Shown: one piece after another, positions 37,421 to 51,996 of the stretch
How positions within the stretch are numbered: the first letter of the stretch is position 1
How the letters are laid out: every line of letters begins with the position of its first letter
Assembly: GCA_051294375.1 (NCBI GenBank)
Contig: CM119264.1
Coordinates: 6,073,765-6,137,764, forward strand
Direction: 5' to 3'
DNA from: Paraspadella gotoi
Lineage: Eukaryota > Animalia > Chaetognatha
DNA length: 64,000 bases
The notes under the pieces: generated by a model
The model's input: the letters and a program-made list of their open reading frames with translations, nothing else
What the model was told of the DNA's origin: nothing
The model's database searches: none
Position numbers and translations under genes: made by a program

Positions 37421-39936
37421 TGTCGGAGGAGGAGAGGAGAGGAAGGAGTAGTCGATTCGGAGGAAAATGGAAACTGGAAAGGGAAGAAGATCTAGCGGAA
37501 CGAAAAAGACCATAATTAATATTAATTAATAATTTAATATTGAAGATTAGATATTTAAAAAAAGGAGATTTAGAATATCGTACAATATTGTTTGTACTGA
37601 ATGAACCTTGTTGCATTCGAGTAAAGGCGCAAATATATATCAAAATAATATACAACTTAAATAATAAAACTAATTACTCGACCGGGACCGAAAAGAAGTA
37701 ATAAAAACTCCTTCGACGTTTTTGACCCCAAAAAATACTTGAGCGACATTCACGACGTTGAAAACCTCTAGCGTCTTTTTCTTGAGACAAAAACAAACAA
37801 AAGGGAATCGATCTGAATTTTTTTTGGTGAAATTTAATCGTCGGAGAGAATCTTCTCTATTATTCTCTTTTTATTATTTTTTCTTCTTCTCTTTTATTCT
37901 CTTTTTATTATTTTCTATTCTCTTTTTATATTTTTTTCTCCACTTTTTATTATATTTTTATCGTTATTTTTCTTCTCTCTTATTCTCTTTTTATTTTTTT
38001 TTATTTTTCTTCTCTTTTATTCTCTTTTTATTATTTTTTTATTCTCTTTTATTCTCTTTTTATTATTTTTTTCTTTTATTCTCTTTTTATTATTTTTTTT
38101 CTCTTTTATTCTCTTTTTATTTTTTTTATTTTTCTTCTCTTTAATTCTCTTTTTATTATTTTTTTATTCTTTTTTCTTCTCTTTTTATTATTTTTTTCTT
38201 CTCTTTTATTCTCTTTTTATTATTTTTTCTTCTCCTTTATTCCCTTTTTATTATTTTTTTCTCCTCTTTCTTATTCTATTTTTATTATTATTTTTCTTCT
38301 CTTTATTCTTTTTTTATTATTTTCATTTTTTTTTAAATCTCGCCTTGAATCAAACGATTATGTTATTTAAACATTGTCCTTTAAAAAAACCATTCAGGAT
38401 TTGTTTGATCAACCCTTTTTACCAAGAATTGTTCTCCTTCTATTTAATCATTCACGGTTTTTCTCTCGCCGCTCCTGCAAAAGCGACGAAGGGAACAACA
38501 ACGACAACAGTAAGATCAACAATGAGCCTTTCAGGGGGTCAACAGTAAGTGCGATCATTTTGATCGAGGAAAGCATGGACTTTTTTAATATTTACGGTAA
38601 TGTATTGACGCTATCGTTGATTCTCTCTCTTCTCTCTCTCTCTCTCGTCTCTTCTCTCCTCGTCACATGCTCTCCTATATTGCAGTCCTAAAAAACTCTT
38701 TACGCAAGTGGATTATGACGGGCGTTTCGTTCTCAAGTCATAGATGCCCTACCTATCCCTCCTACACCCAATAACATAAAAACATACCAATACATCAGTT
38801 CGAACTACACGTATCATTTTTAATGGGAAGGTTTAGGGCAGGTTGTTTCACCTCGTCTCTCGTCTCGCTCTCTCCATTCCTCTTCTCTCATCTCTTCAAT
38901 AAGAACAGGTGTTTTTAGTTTCACGAGTTTTTCCCATCTCTTTAGAGTCAAAAGTTTTTATATTGGAAAATCACGATGGGTTCTGGGATTTTTTCTACTT
39001 TTCGGGCCCGGTAAATTACCTCGATCGGCGAGTCGGTGCTGCTAAGTCGGATTGACGTGGATGGCACAGAAGCTTTTTTATGGCAGGGTGACTCGAGTGT
39101 GGCACGGAAAATTTAGTAGGCATTTGAAGCTTCATAGATCGAAAGGAAATTATATTATGACATAGAAAGCTTGGCATACAGAGAGAGTCGTCAATAAGGA
39201 AAAGGGTGCCAGTATCTGAGTTATGACAATCGTAGAATTGATAGCACGTTATATTACTGAACGCGGTGGTTTGATGTGAAAAGAAAATACTTCAGAGCAT
39301 TCAATTGGATTTGGTAGAAGACAGGCGTCCTTGCTAATCTGTTGTCTGAAACCGAAAATGAGATTCAGGCTTAAAGCCGAAGCCGAGGTTTTTATGGTTG
39401 AGCTCTTTCCAAGACGAGGGGAGTTTCCTTTGTCCGCATCGCTGACAATTATTGACACATGAAACACATGGGCGAGAAAATTACCAAAAAAAAGTTAGTT
39501 CGTCTCAGGTGAGTTGATCAATGGTTTTTGGTTGATTACGGTTAAACCACGGTGAAGCCACATTTTGATGACCATCGGTCATTCCTCGCCATGATTTTCT
39601 ACGCTCTCTCCCAAAAGATCTATTAAGCGAATTTGATAGGCGCATATAGGAGGCCATCAAAGGGTAAACAAAACGACAAGGACAAGGAAAAAAATCACAG
39701 TAAAAGGATCATTACGCAACATAACGACGACAAGTCGATCGGGGCGATAAACAACGCCGTGTAACCATGGAAACGTTAAAACGATAAAGCTAAGCGACCA
39801 GTAATCAAAACAAACCATAAACATTGAGCACGACGCAACTAATTCATAACGTTTAAACCCGACGAATGACAACAATAATAAAGGGAGGGAAACAATAACA
39901 AAGAGGAGAAAGAAACAAAAGACGGCAGCGATGACA

Positions 39937-39967
<31 letters not shown>

Positions 39968-41174
39968 GGAAGACCGGAGCCTCATCATCCATTATTTACA
40001 TTTCGAAATCATGAAAATCCACCGAAGCCTCTTTGTCAGTCTGGACTCTGGAGAGGATTTTTGTTTAATTTTTTTCCCTTTTTTTTTTTACGCTTTGTTG
40101 TTCCGTTTCTTCGCTGTTTTCTTCTGTTTCACTTTTTGCTTTTACTTTTGTTTTACGCTATTCTTTATGTTTTCTTAACATGCGCCACTGTCTGTCTTCT
40201 TTCCATCTCTCATTTTTTTTCTGTCCCTCTTTCTGTCCTTGGCTTCCGTTTCTTTTGGCTGGCATTTTCCAATAAATCACTCGATCCTCTTTCTTGTCTC
40301 TTCCACATTTTTGCGCGCAATCAAATGAGTCCGGTCCTTTGTTTTTACAATCATTGTTCGCATAATTTGTCTTACTTTCTTTTACGTGGATTGGTTGTCT
40401 TTTTTATACGCTTCAACCGCATTTATGACAAACAATATATGTGTTTTATTCGTTTACAACAATTAGTTGAAACAGTACATTCAAAAGGGCATACAGCATT
40501 ACAGATAAACGCATAAATTGTTCAGTTTACAATTCAACAAAATATAAAATAATATGTAATATAATCGATATAATCGATATAATAATATGTGATATAAACG
40601 ATGATATAAAAAACTCAATTGAACTTTGGCTTCCATGTCAATTACGGATCGCGTTCGGCCAACACCCGTCACGCGTTTGAAACGCTTTGGCGCCGTCCGT
40701 GTCGTTCATCGCACCGGCGTCGTCACCCGACGCCATCTGCGCCAACGTCACCGCTTCTCCATCTCTCAAGTCTCAAAAATGACGCATCTCTTCGTTCGCT
40801 TCTCATCCTTGATATCAGCTTTCTGTTCTAGTATCCCTCTCTAACTTTATTGTTATTACTTTAGTTCTTTAATTTTCTTCTCTTTTTCCTTTCTTTCTTT
40901 AAAATCAATTCCTTTTTTTTCCCCTTTTTTTCTCTTCCAGTTTTATCTCTTCCTTGAAAGACTTCATCTGAATGAAACGATTTACTGGTGCATTTAACTG
41001 AAAAAAAAGGACGGAAACTGAATCTGGTTTCTTTTGTTATCTTCTCCGTCTCTCTCTCTCTCTCTCCTCTCTTTCTCTTTGCTTCTTGTTTCTTCTTTGT
41101 TTATTCTTTGTTCATCTATTCGTATTTGTTTTCTTCTCAGTCTCTCTCTCTCTCTCTCTTCGCTCTCTCTCTCT

Positions 41175-41220
<46 letters not shown>

Positions 41221-41397
41221 CATCCAAGCGTCATCGGCTTTCACTCGTAGTCGCAAAGCCGCTGAACCTCAGTAGTGTCAATGCACCTTCATCCGCCCAG
41301 GAACGCGTCACGGATTTTCGAATCGACTCCCAGAACGAAAAAAGGAAATATAACTATATATATAACTTATATAACTTATATATATAACTTATATATA

Positions 41398-41460
41398 ATC
41401 TTTCTAGAGCCCAACCTTTTAACTTATATTATAAGTTAAAAGGTTGGGCTCTAGAAAGAT
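41398..41460. repeat. Perfect palindrome, 31-bp arms with 1-nt spacer
   Basis: ATCTTTCTAGAGCCCAACCTTTTAACTTATA-T-TATAAGTTAAAAGGTTGGGCTCTAGAAAGAT. Confidence 0.92.
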
Positions 41461-42739
41461 ACAAAAAATTAAAGAAAAAGTACAATTGCTCAAGTTACAA
41501 TTACAGTCTACAACAATTTACAATTACATTGCAATTACAAATTTTCATTTTACGATTACATTCTAACAAAAACAATGAAACGGTCTACATTTTTTTAATA
41601 TTGGTCACGAAAAATATTACTAAATATTATTATTTAATTTTACTCTCGCCTTCAAGAACCAGTAGCCTTGAAACCAGACCCTAGAAACGACGGAAAATTA
41701 TAAAGCGACCTCACGCAGACTCCGAAGGACCGGCGTGGCCACCGCCCCGCCTCTCGGCAATAACAAGCGCACTCTTCCGGTCGGCGAGAGATTCAGGCGG
41801 ATATTAAAAACAAAGGCTAAAAAAATAATAAATAAATAAAAAGAAAAAGGGGAAAAGGTTCTGTAGAGACCAAAAGTAGCGAGATGGAAAATATGGCGCT
41901 GCCCCTCCCAGACTGTGAGAGGTTTTCGGAAAAATCCTCAAAAGAAATGGATGGATTTTCTTGGCCGATGCTATTTTGTTTATTGCGCCTTTTGCTGCGG
42001 CAGATGTCGCTTCTCAGTCATTGCCCTTTTATTTAGGCCGTCTTTCGATTCGACTTTCTGCGTCTGGTTTTTATCTCCTCAAATCTGACGACATCGAAGC
42101 CAGGTTGGTTCCTAGAAACGAGATTTTCGATTATTTCCCTTGACGTGTGGTTTATGACTTTTAGGCAACGAAATCCACGTGCGAAAAACGACTCAATTTG
42201 ATTGGTTTACGTTCATGACTTCAGGTTTCAGTTCAACTCATATCAGCTCACTCTGCTCACAATTTCTTTTCATTTCTTTCGAAGCGAATCCTTGAAAGGC
42301 GGAGGGCGTTGGCTGGGTAGGTAGTGGGTTTATGGCCGAAGTAAGTGTGAACGGAGGATTGTGGGGTGGAATTCAAAAAAAGTCAACTTTTCCTTCTTTT
42401 ACTTAAAACTCAATATTTCTACTTCTCTTGTTTTTTCATTCTTTTCTTTTTCTGCCTTTATTTATTTTTTTTTGTTCCTCCAGTTCGACCGATAGTTTTT
42501 TTCTTATTTTGTTTTTTTTTTTCGTTTTATTTAATTCGCAACCGATTTTCTCCTTTTTTTCTTTTTCTTTGGATCCTTTCTGTATCCCGCTCCTTTCTGT
42601 TTTCTCCTTTCTTATTCTCCTTCAACTCCTCTANNNNNNNNNNNNNNNNNNNNNNNNNCTCTCTCTTTCTCTTTCTTTCTCTCTCTCCTCTCTCTCTCTC
42701 TTCTCTCTCTTTCTCTTTCTTTCTTCTCTCTCTCTCTCG

Positions 42740-42855
<116 letters not shown>

Positions 42856-42982
42856 TCTCTTCTTTCTCACTCACTCTTAAGTTCTCACGAAACATACTCA
42901 CACACACTTAAGATGCGTTACCGTCGTTCTGGCGCCCTCACAAAAAAATATTTTACGACTAAGAGAGAGAGAGAGAGAGATT

Positions 42983-43018
<36 letters not shown>

Positions 43019-43211
43019 GAGAGAGAGAGGAGAGAGAGAGAGGAGAAGAGCGAATTCACCAAGCTTTCACCATCTCTTCAATTCTTTCTTTCTCCGATTT
43101 CAGCGATGCATTTTTCCATCATCCCTTTCAACTTTCTCCTCGATTCTTCTCCTTACGTTCCTCCCCATCTCTTCCTCTTCCTTCCCCTCCCCCTCTCAAC
43201 ACCACCACCAC

Positions 43212-43434
43212 CTTGAAAGACGCTCTTGAAGTAAGATGCCGTGTTCCTCGGAAAGAGAGTCTCGTCGTTCCGTACTTGGACCAAAAGGCTTTTGTGGTCA
43301 TCCAAGTCGGAAGGCCTCGTCCATTTCGGTCCACGTGATCTCCGAAGTCAGGATCCGCCAGGTGAAACAACTCGCCATGAAGATCAGTTTGGGGTAAGGG
43401 ATGTGGATCTTGACGAAGCCCAATGTGGCCCGTC
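43212..43434 (-). pseudogene. Frameshifted full-length copy of anoctamin exon 3 (ends ...RASFK|gt)
   Basis: FVKIHIP motif; donor AAG|GTGGTG in phase 0 matches exon 4; internal indels break the frame. Confidence 0.7.
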
Positions 43435-43646
43435 CTGAGATGCGAACGAAGGAAACGGTGATTCCAAGTCGATGCGGCTGGATTGGACTTTCTTTCGTCT
43501 CTACATCTTTCACTAATTAACTCAATACCCTGTATTATATAGATAAGCGTGACCGTACTAATTAATAAGCAAAAAGTAAACAAAGTGTTTTGCTCCGTTA
43601 CATACATACATCATATTATACCAGAACAACTCAAATAAACTCATAT

Positions 43647-43677
<31 letters not shown>

Positions 43678-43736
43678 AGAGGAGAGATGGAGGTAGAGAA
43701 AGGAGGAAGACAGGAAGAAAGGAAGCATTTTTTAGT

Positions 43737-43772
<36 letters not shown>

Positions 43773-44239
43773 TTTTATGTTTCGTATCTTTTCTTCTTTT
43801 TTGCTTTTATTCTTAACTCAACTGAACTCAACTCATCGCCTTCTCAACTCCGTGCGTCTCATAATCTTCATTGACAACCAAAAGTCAGAAGTAAAAGAAA
43901 TAAGTCCATCATCTGATTGTTAAAATATTTTCAAAAATATTAGTTTCCTAGCGACAATCTTCACAATTCTGTCGCAACTTTATTGATTTCCACAATCAAT
44001 AATGCATTAATAAAGCTCTCATTCATGTAAAATAAACGTTCCCGGCGAATTTCGGATTAGAGACCAGAAAAAACTAATGACGCATCGTGACAGAATCTTC
44101 GCCAACTTTTCGCTTTTATCTCGAGTCGCATCGACGCTAATTTATTGATGCATCGCGAATAACAGAGAGAATTGGGGTCATTTTCTTTTTTCGGTTCGGT
44201 NNNNNNNNNNNNNNNNNNNNNNNNNCTCTCTCCTCTCTC

Positions 44240-44273
<34 letters not shown>

Positions 44274-44766
44274 CTCTCCTCTTCTCTCTCTCTCTCAAAG
44301 AGCCAACTCGTTCATCGGACGAAGGACCGAACGCGAAAAAAAAAAAAGAAAATGACCCCAATTCTCTTCTGTTATTCGCGATGCATCAATAAATAGACGT
44401 CGATGCGACTTCGAGATAAAAGCGAAAAGTTGGCGAGATTCTGTCACGATGCGATCATTAGTTTTTCTCGGTCTCTATCCGAAATTCGCCGAAGGAACGT
44501 TTATTTTACATGAATGAGAGCTTTATAATGATTATTGATGGTTGGAAATCATATAGTTGCGACAGAATTTGAGATTGTCGCTAGACAATTATTTTTTGAA
44601 AATATTTTACATCAGATGATGGAGCTTATTTCTTACTTCTTCTGACTTTTGGTTGTCAATGAAGATTAATGAGACGCACGGGTGGAGAGGGCGATGAGTT
44701 TGAGTTCAGTTGAGTAAGAATAAAAGCAAAAAAAGAAGAAAAAGATACGAACATAAAAAAGTCTCT

Positions 44767-44816
<50 letters not shown>

Positions 44817-44882
44817 TCTTTCTCTCTCTCCTCTCTCTCTCTCTTCTCTCTCTTTCTCTTTCTTTCTTCTCTCTCTCTCTCG

Positions 44883-44998
<116 letters not shown>

Positions 44999-45125
44999 TC
45001 TCTTCTTTCTCACTCACTCTTAAGTTCTCACGAAACATACTCACACACACTTAAGATGCGTTACCGTCGTTCTGGCGCCCTCACAAAAAAATATTTTACG
45101 ACTAAGAGAGAGAGAGAGAGAGATT

Positions 45126-45161
<36 letters not shown>

Positions 45162-45354
45162 GAGAGAGAGAGGAGAGAGAGAGAGGAGAAGAGCGAATTC
45201 ACCAAGCTTTCACCATCTCTTCAATTCTTTCTTTCTCCGATTTCAGCGATGCATTTTTCCATCATCCCTTTCAACTTTCTCCTCGATTCTTCTCCTTACG
45301 TTCCTCCCCATCTCTTCCTCTTCCTTCCCCTCCCCCTCTCAACACCACCACCAC

Positions 45355-45577
45355 CTTGAAAGACGCTCTTGAAGTAAGATGCCGTGTTCCTCGGAAAGAG
45401 AGTCTCGTCGTTCCGTACTTGGACCAAAAGGCTTTTGTGGTCATCCAAGTCGGAAGGCCTCGTCCATTTCGGTCCACGTGATCTCCGAAGTCAGGATCCG
45501 CCAGGTGAAACAACTCGCCATGAAGATCAGTTTGGGGTAAGGGATGTGGATCTTGACGAAGCCCAATGTGGCCCGTC
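45355..45577 (-). pseudogene. Frameshifted duplicate of anoctamin exon 3 (likely noisy assembly copy)
   Basis: Same sequence as 43212-43434 (offset 2143); several 1-bp indels relative to the 51850-51996 copy. Confidence 0.7.
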
Positions 45578-45789
45578 CTGAGATGCGAACGAAGGAAACG
45601 GTGATTCCAAGTCGATGCGGCTGGATTGGACTTTCTTTCGTCTCTACATCTTTCACTAATTAACTCAATACCCTGTATTATATAGATAAGCGTGACCGTA
45701 CTAATTAATAAGCAAAAAGTAAACAAAGTGTTTTGCTCCGTTACATACATACATCATATTATACCAGAACAACTCAAATAAACTCATAT

Positions 45790-45820
<31 letters not shown>

Positions 45821-45879
45821 AGAGGAGAGATGGAGGTAGAGAAAGGAGGAAGACAGGAAGAAAGGAAGCATTTTTTAGT

Positions 45880-45912
<33 letters not shown>

Positions 45913-46021
45913 ACGATACTGAGCAAAAATAATGGGCGCTCTGTGGGCGCCCTATGCGTTTCGCCGACATTTCCATTTATCTTAAGCGAGAGAAAATTTT
46001 TGTAGCGCAACCCTACTACTC

Positions 46022-46098
46022 TGCTGCTACACAGCTGTACGCTGCCGCAACACAGATGTACGCTGCCGCAATACAGCTGTGCGCCGCCGCAACGCTGC
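46022..46098 (+). repeat. 21-bp minisatellite (CACAGCTGTACGCTGCCGCAA)
   Basis: 3-4 degenerate units. Confidence 0.8.
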
Positions 46099-49000
46099 CA
46101 TCCCCTTACGAAACTTTCTTGTCTGAAGGATCTGTAATGCTGTTCTTTTCTAAATATGCGCAACTTAAGTCACGTTTTTGTTAATATAATTTTTATTAAT
46201 ACTAATTGATATCGTTCGTCGGCTCGTTCCATCTGTCGGGTGGACCGAGGAAGATGAGGGCGACGAAAACGACGACGACGACGATGACGACGACGACGAT
46301 GACAAGCTGATCCGATCATAAACTGACCGACCAAATTGATTTCTTTTTTATGCTTGGTTTATTATTTTGACTTTAAATTTGTTGTTTACTATTGTTGTTA
46401 TTTTTTACCTTTTAACCGTTTAAATGATTTTACAATATTACATATTTTTGATTTGAGAGGAATAATTGACGAATTTATCAAATTTCTAATTCCCTTTTCA
46501 AATCCCATTAGTTTCTCATTTCAAAATAGAATCATTTAATTAATTTTTTTTTGCCGTAAAAACTTTCTTTTGTTCTTTTTTAACCAAAAGTCTCTGCTTG
46601 AAAAACCGGCGAGAGAAGAATAGCGACACAGTTTGAAAACCATACATTTGTGCTTCGTTTCAACAAGGTCGGTGAGAGAAGAGAGAGAGGAAGATCAGGA
46701 GAGAGAGCAGAGAGAGAGAGAGAGGAGAACGAGAGAGATGGAGAGGAGAGAGACGAAGAAGAGAGAGCAGAGAGAAAAGAGGGCGACTAGAACGAGAAAT
46801 TACATAGCTTTCACCATCCTCTTCATCGCTTCTCCATTTCACTCATTTTTTTTCCCTACATCCCCTTTCAATCTCCCTCGATTCTTCTACGTTCCTCCCC
46901 CATCTTTCCTCTTTCTCTCCCTCCCCTCTCCACACCTGCCCATCCCCGCCCCCCCCCCCCACCATCGCCTTGGTGGAGGAATAAAAATGAAAGACAAGAC
47001 GATCCCCCACCCCCCCCCTTTTTGGAAGTTTTATTAGTAACATATGGTTAAAAATGACCGTGGTGTTTTCTTCATGTCTTCCTCGGCGAAAAGAAAAAAA
47101 AAAAAAAAAAATAAAAAAAAAAGAAGGAAAAAAATAAAAAGAAGGAAAAAAAAAGAAAGAAAAAGAAAGAGAAAAAAAAATAGGGGGAAAAAAAAGAAAA
47201 ACAAAAAAGAGAAGAAAAAAAAAAGAGAGGGGAGGAGAGCAAGAGGAGCAAAGGATGAGGTAGGTCATGGGGGGGTGGGGGGTGTAGGGGGGAAAGATTC
47301 CTAAGGAAGGAAAAGGAGGAGCTAGATAAAAAAAAAAAAAAAAAAAGGAGGGAGAGGAGAAGATGAAGGTAGAGGAAGAGAGAAGAAGAGAAGGGGGAAA
47401 AAAAAAAAAAAACAAAAAAAAAAAGAGAAAAATAAAGACGGGGAAGAAGAGAAAAAAAAAATAATGAAAAAAAATAAAAAAAAAGAAAATATGAAAATAA
47501 AAAAAGGAGAAAGGAAAAAAAAAAAAGAAATAAAAGAGAAATGAGAAAAAGAACGGAGTAGAGGTGTCTGTTTCGTTTTAATTTCAAATTCTTATATCGC
47601 CACTACGCACATCACGCAGATCTTCCAGTAGCGGAGGAGCTCACTGGCACGATCGGAGATGTAAGACGAGATGTAAGACATAGATCTAAAGGAAATAAGC
47701 GAGTACAACATGAAGTCCGTAACCAAAAGATATAAATAACCTAATATACTTCAGCCAAATACATTAACCAATTACAGTAAAGAATTTATGACATGAACCC
47801 TTATCTGCGTGCGAAATCAACTTCCATACGCCCCAAACTATCATCTTTACATTTTAGTTCACTCTTCGTCATCGCTTAACGTACTTGCATACAATCGAAC
47901 TACAACTCGAAAAAAAAAAATACAAAAATCAAAGGCGTTCGGATCTCACCGCTTTCTGGCGAACATGCGTCGGCGTCTTCCGCTTATATCTGTCAGCACA
48001 ATAAAACTGCTCGCATTTATCTATCGATCCAGCGCGACTTGCAGACGCGGCCAAGGTGCTTGGTTGTCCCCTGACAACGGAGGGCCACGAATCCATTTGT
48101 TCAATCAAAATTCGTGTAGGTTAGCTTCCGATCTTGGCTTGCGGGCCGCGGGACTAAGGCTAGCTATCCTTTTATACCCCTCCGCGAACCCACGAAGTCG
48201 CGATTTGATTCCAAAGGCAAACGAGTAGTTGTTATTTCGGACATGTTGTCCCCCATGGGTCCCACCTTCCCCCGCCACTCATTTCATACTAAAGTCTCGC
48301 AATACTAGTCGCTCCTGACGAAAGTGCACCCCGTCGAATATGAGTAATAGTCGAATGGAACTTGAAGGTAAGTAGTCGCCACCACCCAACGTTAGCACGC
48401 TTTCTCCTAAAACAAGGGCCGGAAAAGACACGGCGCGTGCCCTTCCCGTGGCGAAAGCCAGTTCCAAGCGGTGCGCTCTAATGCTGCCCCCACAATGCCC
48501 CGAGCATCTATACTTCGGTCTCCCGTACTTTTGCCGAAAGCTTCGACGGTGAGGGATTCTAAACGTGGGCTACGTGGGTGACACCGTCTATACTCCCCGT
48601 CTCTAAGGGTACCGCTTACAGACGACGAAATGCGTCCAAAGGATCCCAGCCCAACCTTGTACGTGCGAGAGGTTACTGGTTGTCGTTTGCTATGTCAACT
48701 GTGTCCATGGCGAGAGAGAGTTAATGAAAAAAAGTGAGAAGATTATTTAAAAATGATAGTAGAATTGTAAAGCTCGTGCTGACGTATGCCTGTGGTTTGT
48801 TTGTGTGTTAATTTTCTGTGTCCCACACACTGCTCCTCTGTTACATGACGTCTGCCTGAGGTTACAATTTATTCGAAACAAAGCTCCCCAGCCCATTCCT
48901 TAGTATTTTTGCAATTGAAGAGGGATAAGAAGGGCGTAGAACAGACATTAATCCCCTTCAACCATGCTTTGCTGATCATGTAAGATGTGAAGGGCGTTAA

Positions 49001-51849
49001 AGGGGATTGTGAGTGCCCTTGGACTTTGTCAGTGACCACCGCACAGAACTGTCTTTCGAAAGCCAACAGTCTTCGCCAGAGGACAACGGATCGCGCTCTG
49101 CCCCACACGCAGCCCGACCCCGCGGACGCCCTCTCCACCTCGTCAACCATGTCCAGACTGGTCAACGCCGGATATCAACGTCTTGTTGATGCCCCGTCAC
49201 CTGAGACAACGTCGGCGCATGGGCGTAGACATACCCCAGAAAGGAAAACGTACGGCACCGGGGGGCGACAATCCGGGTCTGAGTGGGTATAACGCGTGCG
49301 AAACAGAAATTCATACCCCTAAGTTCCGGAGTGCATCCCTCGCTCTGTCCTCGCGCCACCAAGAACCTCTTTGCCATTTGCTCGCCCTATGTTCATCCCT
49401 GCAGATATCTCAGCCAATTAATAGCGTCAAAACTGTGCAATACTACGAGCGACCCCGATACTTTCGCGCTTCCTGGGGAAAATAATAAATAGGGGATGAG
49501 CATTATATAAAAGGTTAAATTAAAGATAGAGCGTTATATTTATTTGACCCTTATACTTATAATTATATTAAATTACTTAATATAATTATATAAGTGTATT
49601 TGAATTAATTACCCAATTAATACTAGTATGTGCTATATTTATCGTGTGTTAATATACATGAGATCATTATTAGATAGCAAGAATATCTATATGAGCACCA
49701 GAACACGAGACTGAACAATCTTCACCTGAGTAGCTTCAAACATACCAAACCAACATTTTAGGTAGAGATATTGAAACGCCTTACCTCGGTTAACGCCCGT
49801 ATCGAGCGGTGAAATCTGGACGAGCACGAAGGAGAGGAAGACAATCTACAGAGAAGAGAAGAAGAGCACGGAGAAGGACGAAGGAGACCGGAGAGGGTTT
49901 CTGAGAGACAAGAGGCAAAGAGGCGTACGAGTGGCGCAATGACGAGACACGAAATGGTCGATAAGAAGACGAAGCCGCGATGTGAAGGGTAAACAGTTGA
50001 CAGCAGAAAAGTTCCGGACTAAGAAGGGCGTTTTCCAGAGAGGCTTTTCAATTTTTTGATATTCAGCGCTATAAGAAGGCGTTTTAAAGACGATTAGGCG
50101 TAAAGAAGGCCTAATAGGTGAGATTAAAAAAAGTATCATTTAAGAGATAAGGTTAAACTAATGTAATGATGGAAAAACGAGTAATATTCACGAATCTTAA
50201 GGCAAACCTGTTTTCGCGAGTCGCCAAATGAAAAGCTTTCATCCCTAAAAATGGCCTTGCTTAACCATCCAGTCGGGCCAAAATTTCAGTCTTAACTGAC
50301 TTAGGATCTGCTATCGGCGAAGGTTATCAGTGGGAAAAAACTTAAAAATAGACGGAACAGTGGGTTAACAGCGGAAGTGTGGTTGAAGCTATGAGCGACA
50401 TTTTTTCTCTACAGAAGACTGGGTTCTCTCGACCTTTATATGTCAGTTTTTGCTCAGTTGTCGTTGTCTTTGTATCGATTATGCGAAAATCCGATCGGAC
50501 AATATTTACGTTTTCTTCGGCACGATATATAAGAAATATAAAAAAATGGTAAAATAAAAATTTTCTTTTTAAATATGAATCTCCTATTCAGTTGAAGCGG
50601 CTTTGACGTCGGATTCCATCACAGTGCTGCACTTTAATTCTTACTTCTCATCCCCACGCAATTATATCCTAGTATGAGGAGACGACTGGGAAACAAAACT
50701 GTCGCGAACATCCACAAATCATACGCCCACCGGAATTCAGCTACGAATTGACGGAACAGACCAAACCGTACCGTCGCCTCGGAAACTAATCGATCGAGTA
50801 GGTCGAAAACAGGGAAATAAAATTGCCGAGCCGTCAACCATGAATTCCCTGTCGGATGTGCACAGCCCTGTACATCGCGACAGCGCGGTTGGCTCTCCAG
50901 CGACGAATTCGTCGGGGATGCGAATGGGCGTGGAGGAGGGAGAAGTGGTCAGAAAATCCAAAAATCCAAATATCTCCTACCTCCTCCCTCGCGTCGCAAG
51001 CTCTCGCAGAATCTGTTCTCCCAAGTCGGCGGACGTGAACGAAAAAAAGCAAGCCCGTCGTTCTCCACGGCCCTTTTTCCCGAGTCATATCATCCCCCCA
51101 GAAACTTGATTCCGTACCCTCCTCGGCCCTCATAGACGATTTCCCAATTCGCATCCCTCGTACAGCGCCTTTCCTCACAATGCTGACGACCCATGCTGCG
51201 CGTCTCCTGACGGCGGTCGTCCAAAGCGTGGCGATCAAGGCCCCCTCCTTTTAGTTGAGGCTTGTCTCCTTTCTCGCCAACACCTTGTTGCCAAACATCT
51301 TCACTTACTACGACGCCTAGCGTCTTAGTGTTGATCTCGTCTCCCTTCTATTGCGCCGCAGAAGAATTTCAACTACTCTGCGTGCCTGGATAGAAATCAA
51401 ATGGGGAGGTTTTCGCAGTAACGCCAGCTGACATCCCGGTGCAAAGAGGCGCCGATTAGCTTTGGATCACAGTTCACAAAACTTTCGTGAAGAAGATAAG
51501 TTGGACTGTTTCTCCCGCAGAGAGATCCTTTTTACTTTGGACGAACGCACCCAACAAGCCACGTCGACGACGACAAAACGTAAACAACGACGACCCGATC
51601 TATCGCGATGCACGGGGTTTCTGTACTATGAGAACAACTATCACATACAACGTCAGCGACGACTCGAACGCATGACGAGCGATCAGAGTACGACGAAACC
51701 AACTATAACGGCAGCCGCGTTGCTTTAAATATAAGACAAATCGGGAAAAAGGAAAAAAAAAAAAAAAAAAAAAAAGAATAAGTAAAAAAAAAAAATGAAA
51801 AAAAAACAACAAAAAACAAAGAAGNNNNNNNNNNNNNNNNNNNNNNNNN

Positions 51850-51996
51850 CAAAAGGCTTTGTGGTCCATCAAGTCGGAGGCCTCGTCCATTTCGGTCACG
51901 TGATCTCGAGTCAGGATCCGCAGGTGAAACAACTCCGCCATGAAGATCAGTTTGGGGTAAGGGATGTGGATCTTGACGAAGCCCAATGTGCCCGTC
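51850..51996 (-). CDS. ANO: Anoctamin exon 3, best-frame copy, truncated by N gap (TGTLGFVKIHIPYPKLIFMAELFHLRILTRDHVTEMDEASDL...)
   Basis: ctcag acceptor in phase with exon 2; FVKIHxP...AE motif; open frame up to the gap at 51849. Confidence 0.8.

Noticed and set aside
36318-37655. Overlapping alternative-frame and antisense ORFs (335 aa, 140 aa, 139 aa, 134 aa)
   Set aside because: Shadows of the GC-rich transporter CDS; Arg-rich and lacking recognisable motifs.
41730-41800. GC-rich segment considered as an HDV-like ribozyme
   Set aside because: Only a simple hairpin could be drawn; the nested double pseudoknot and J4/2 motif were not found.
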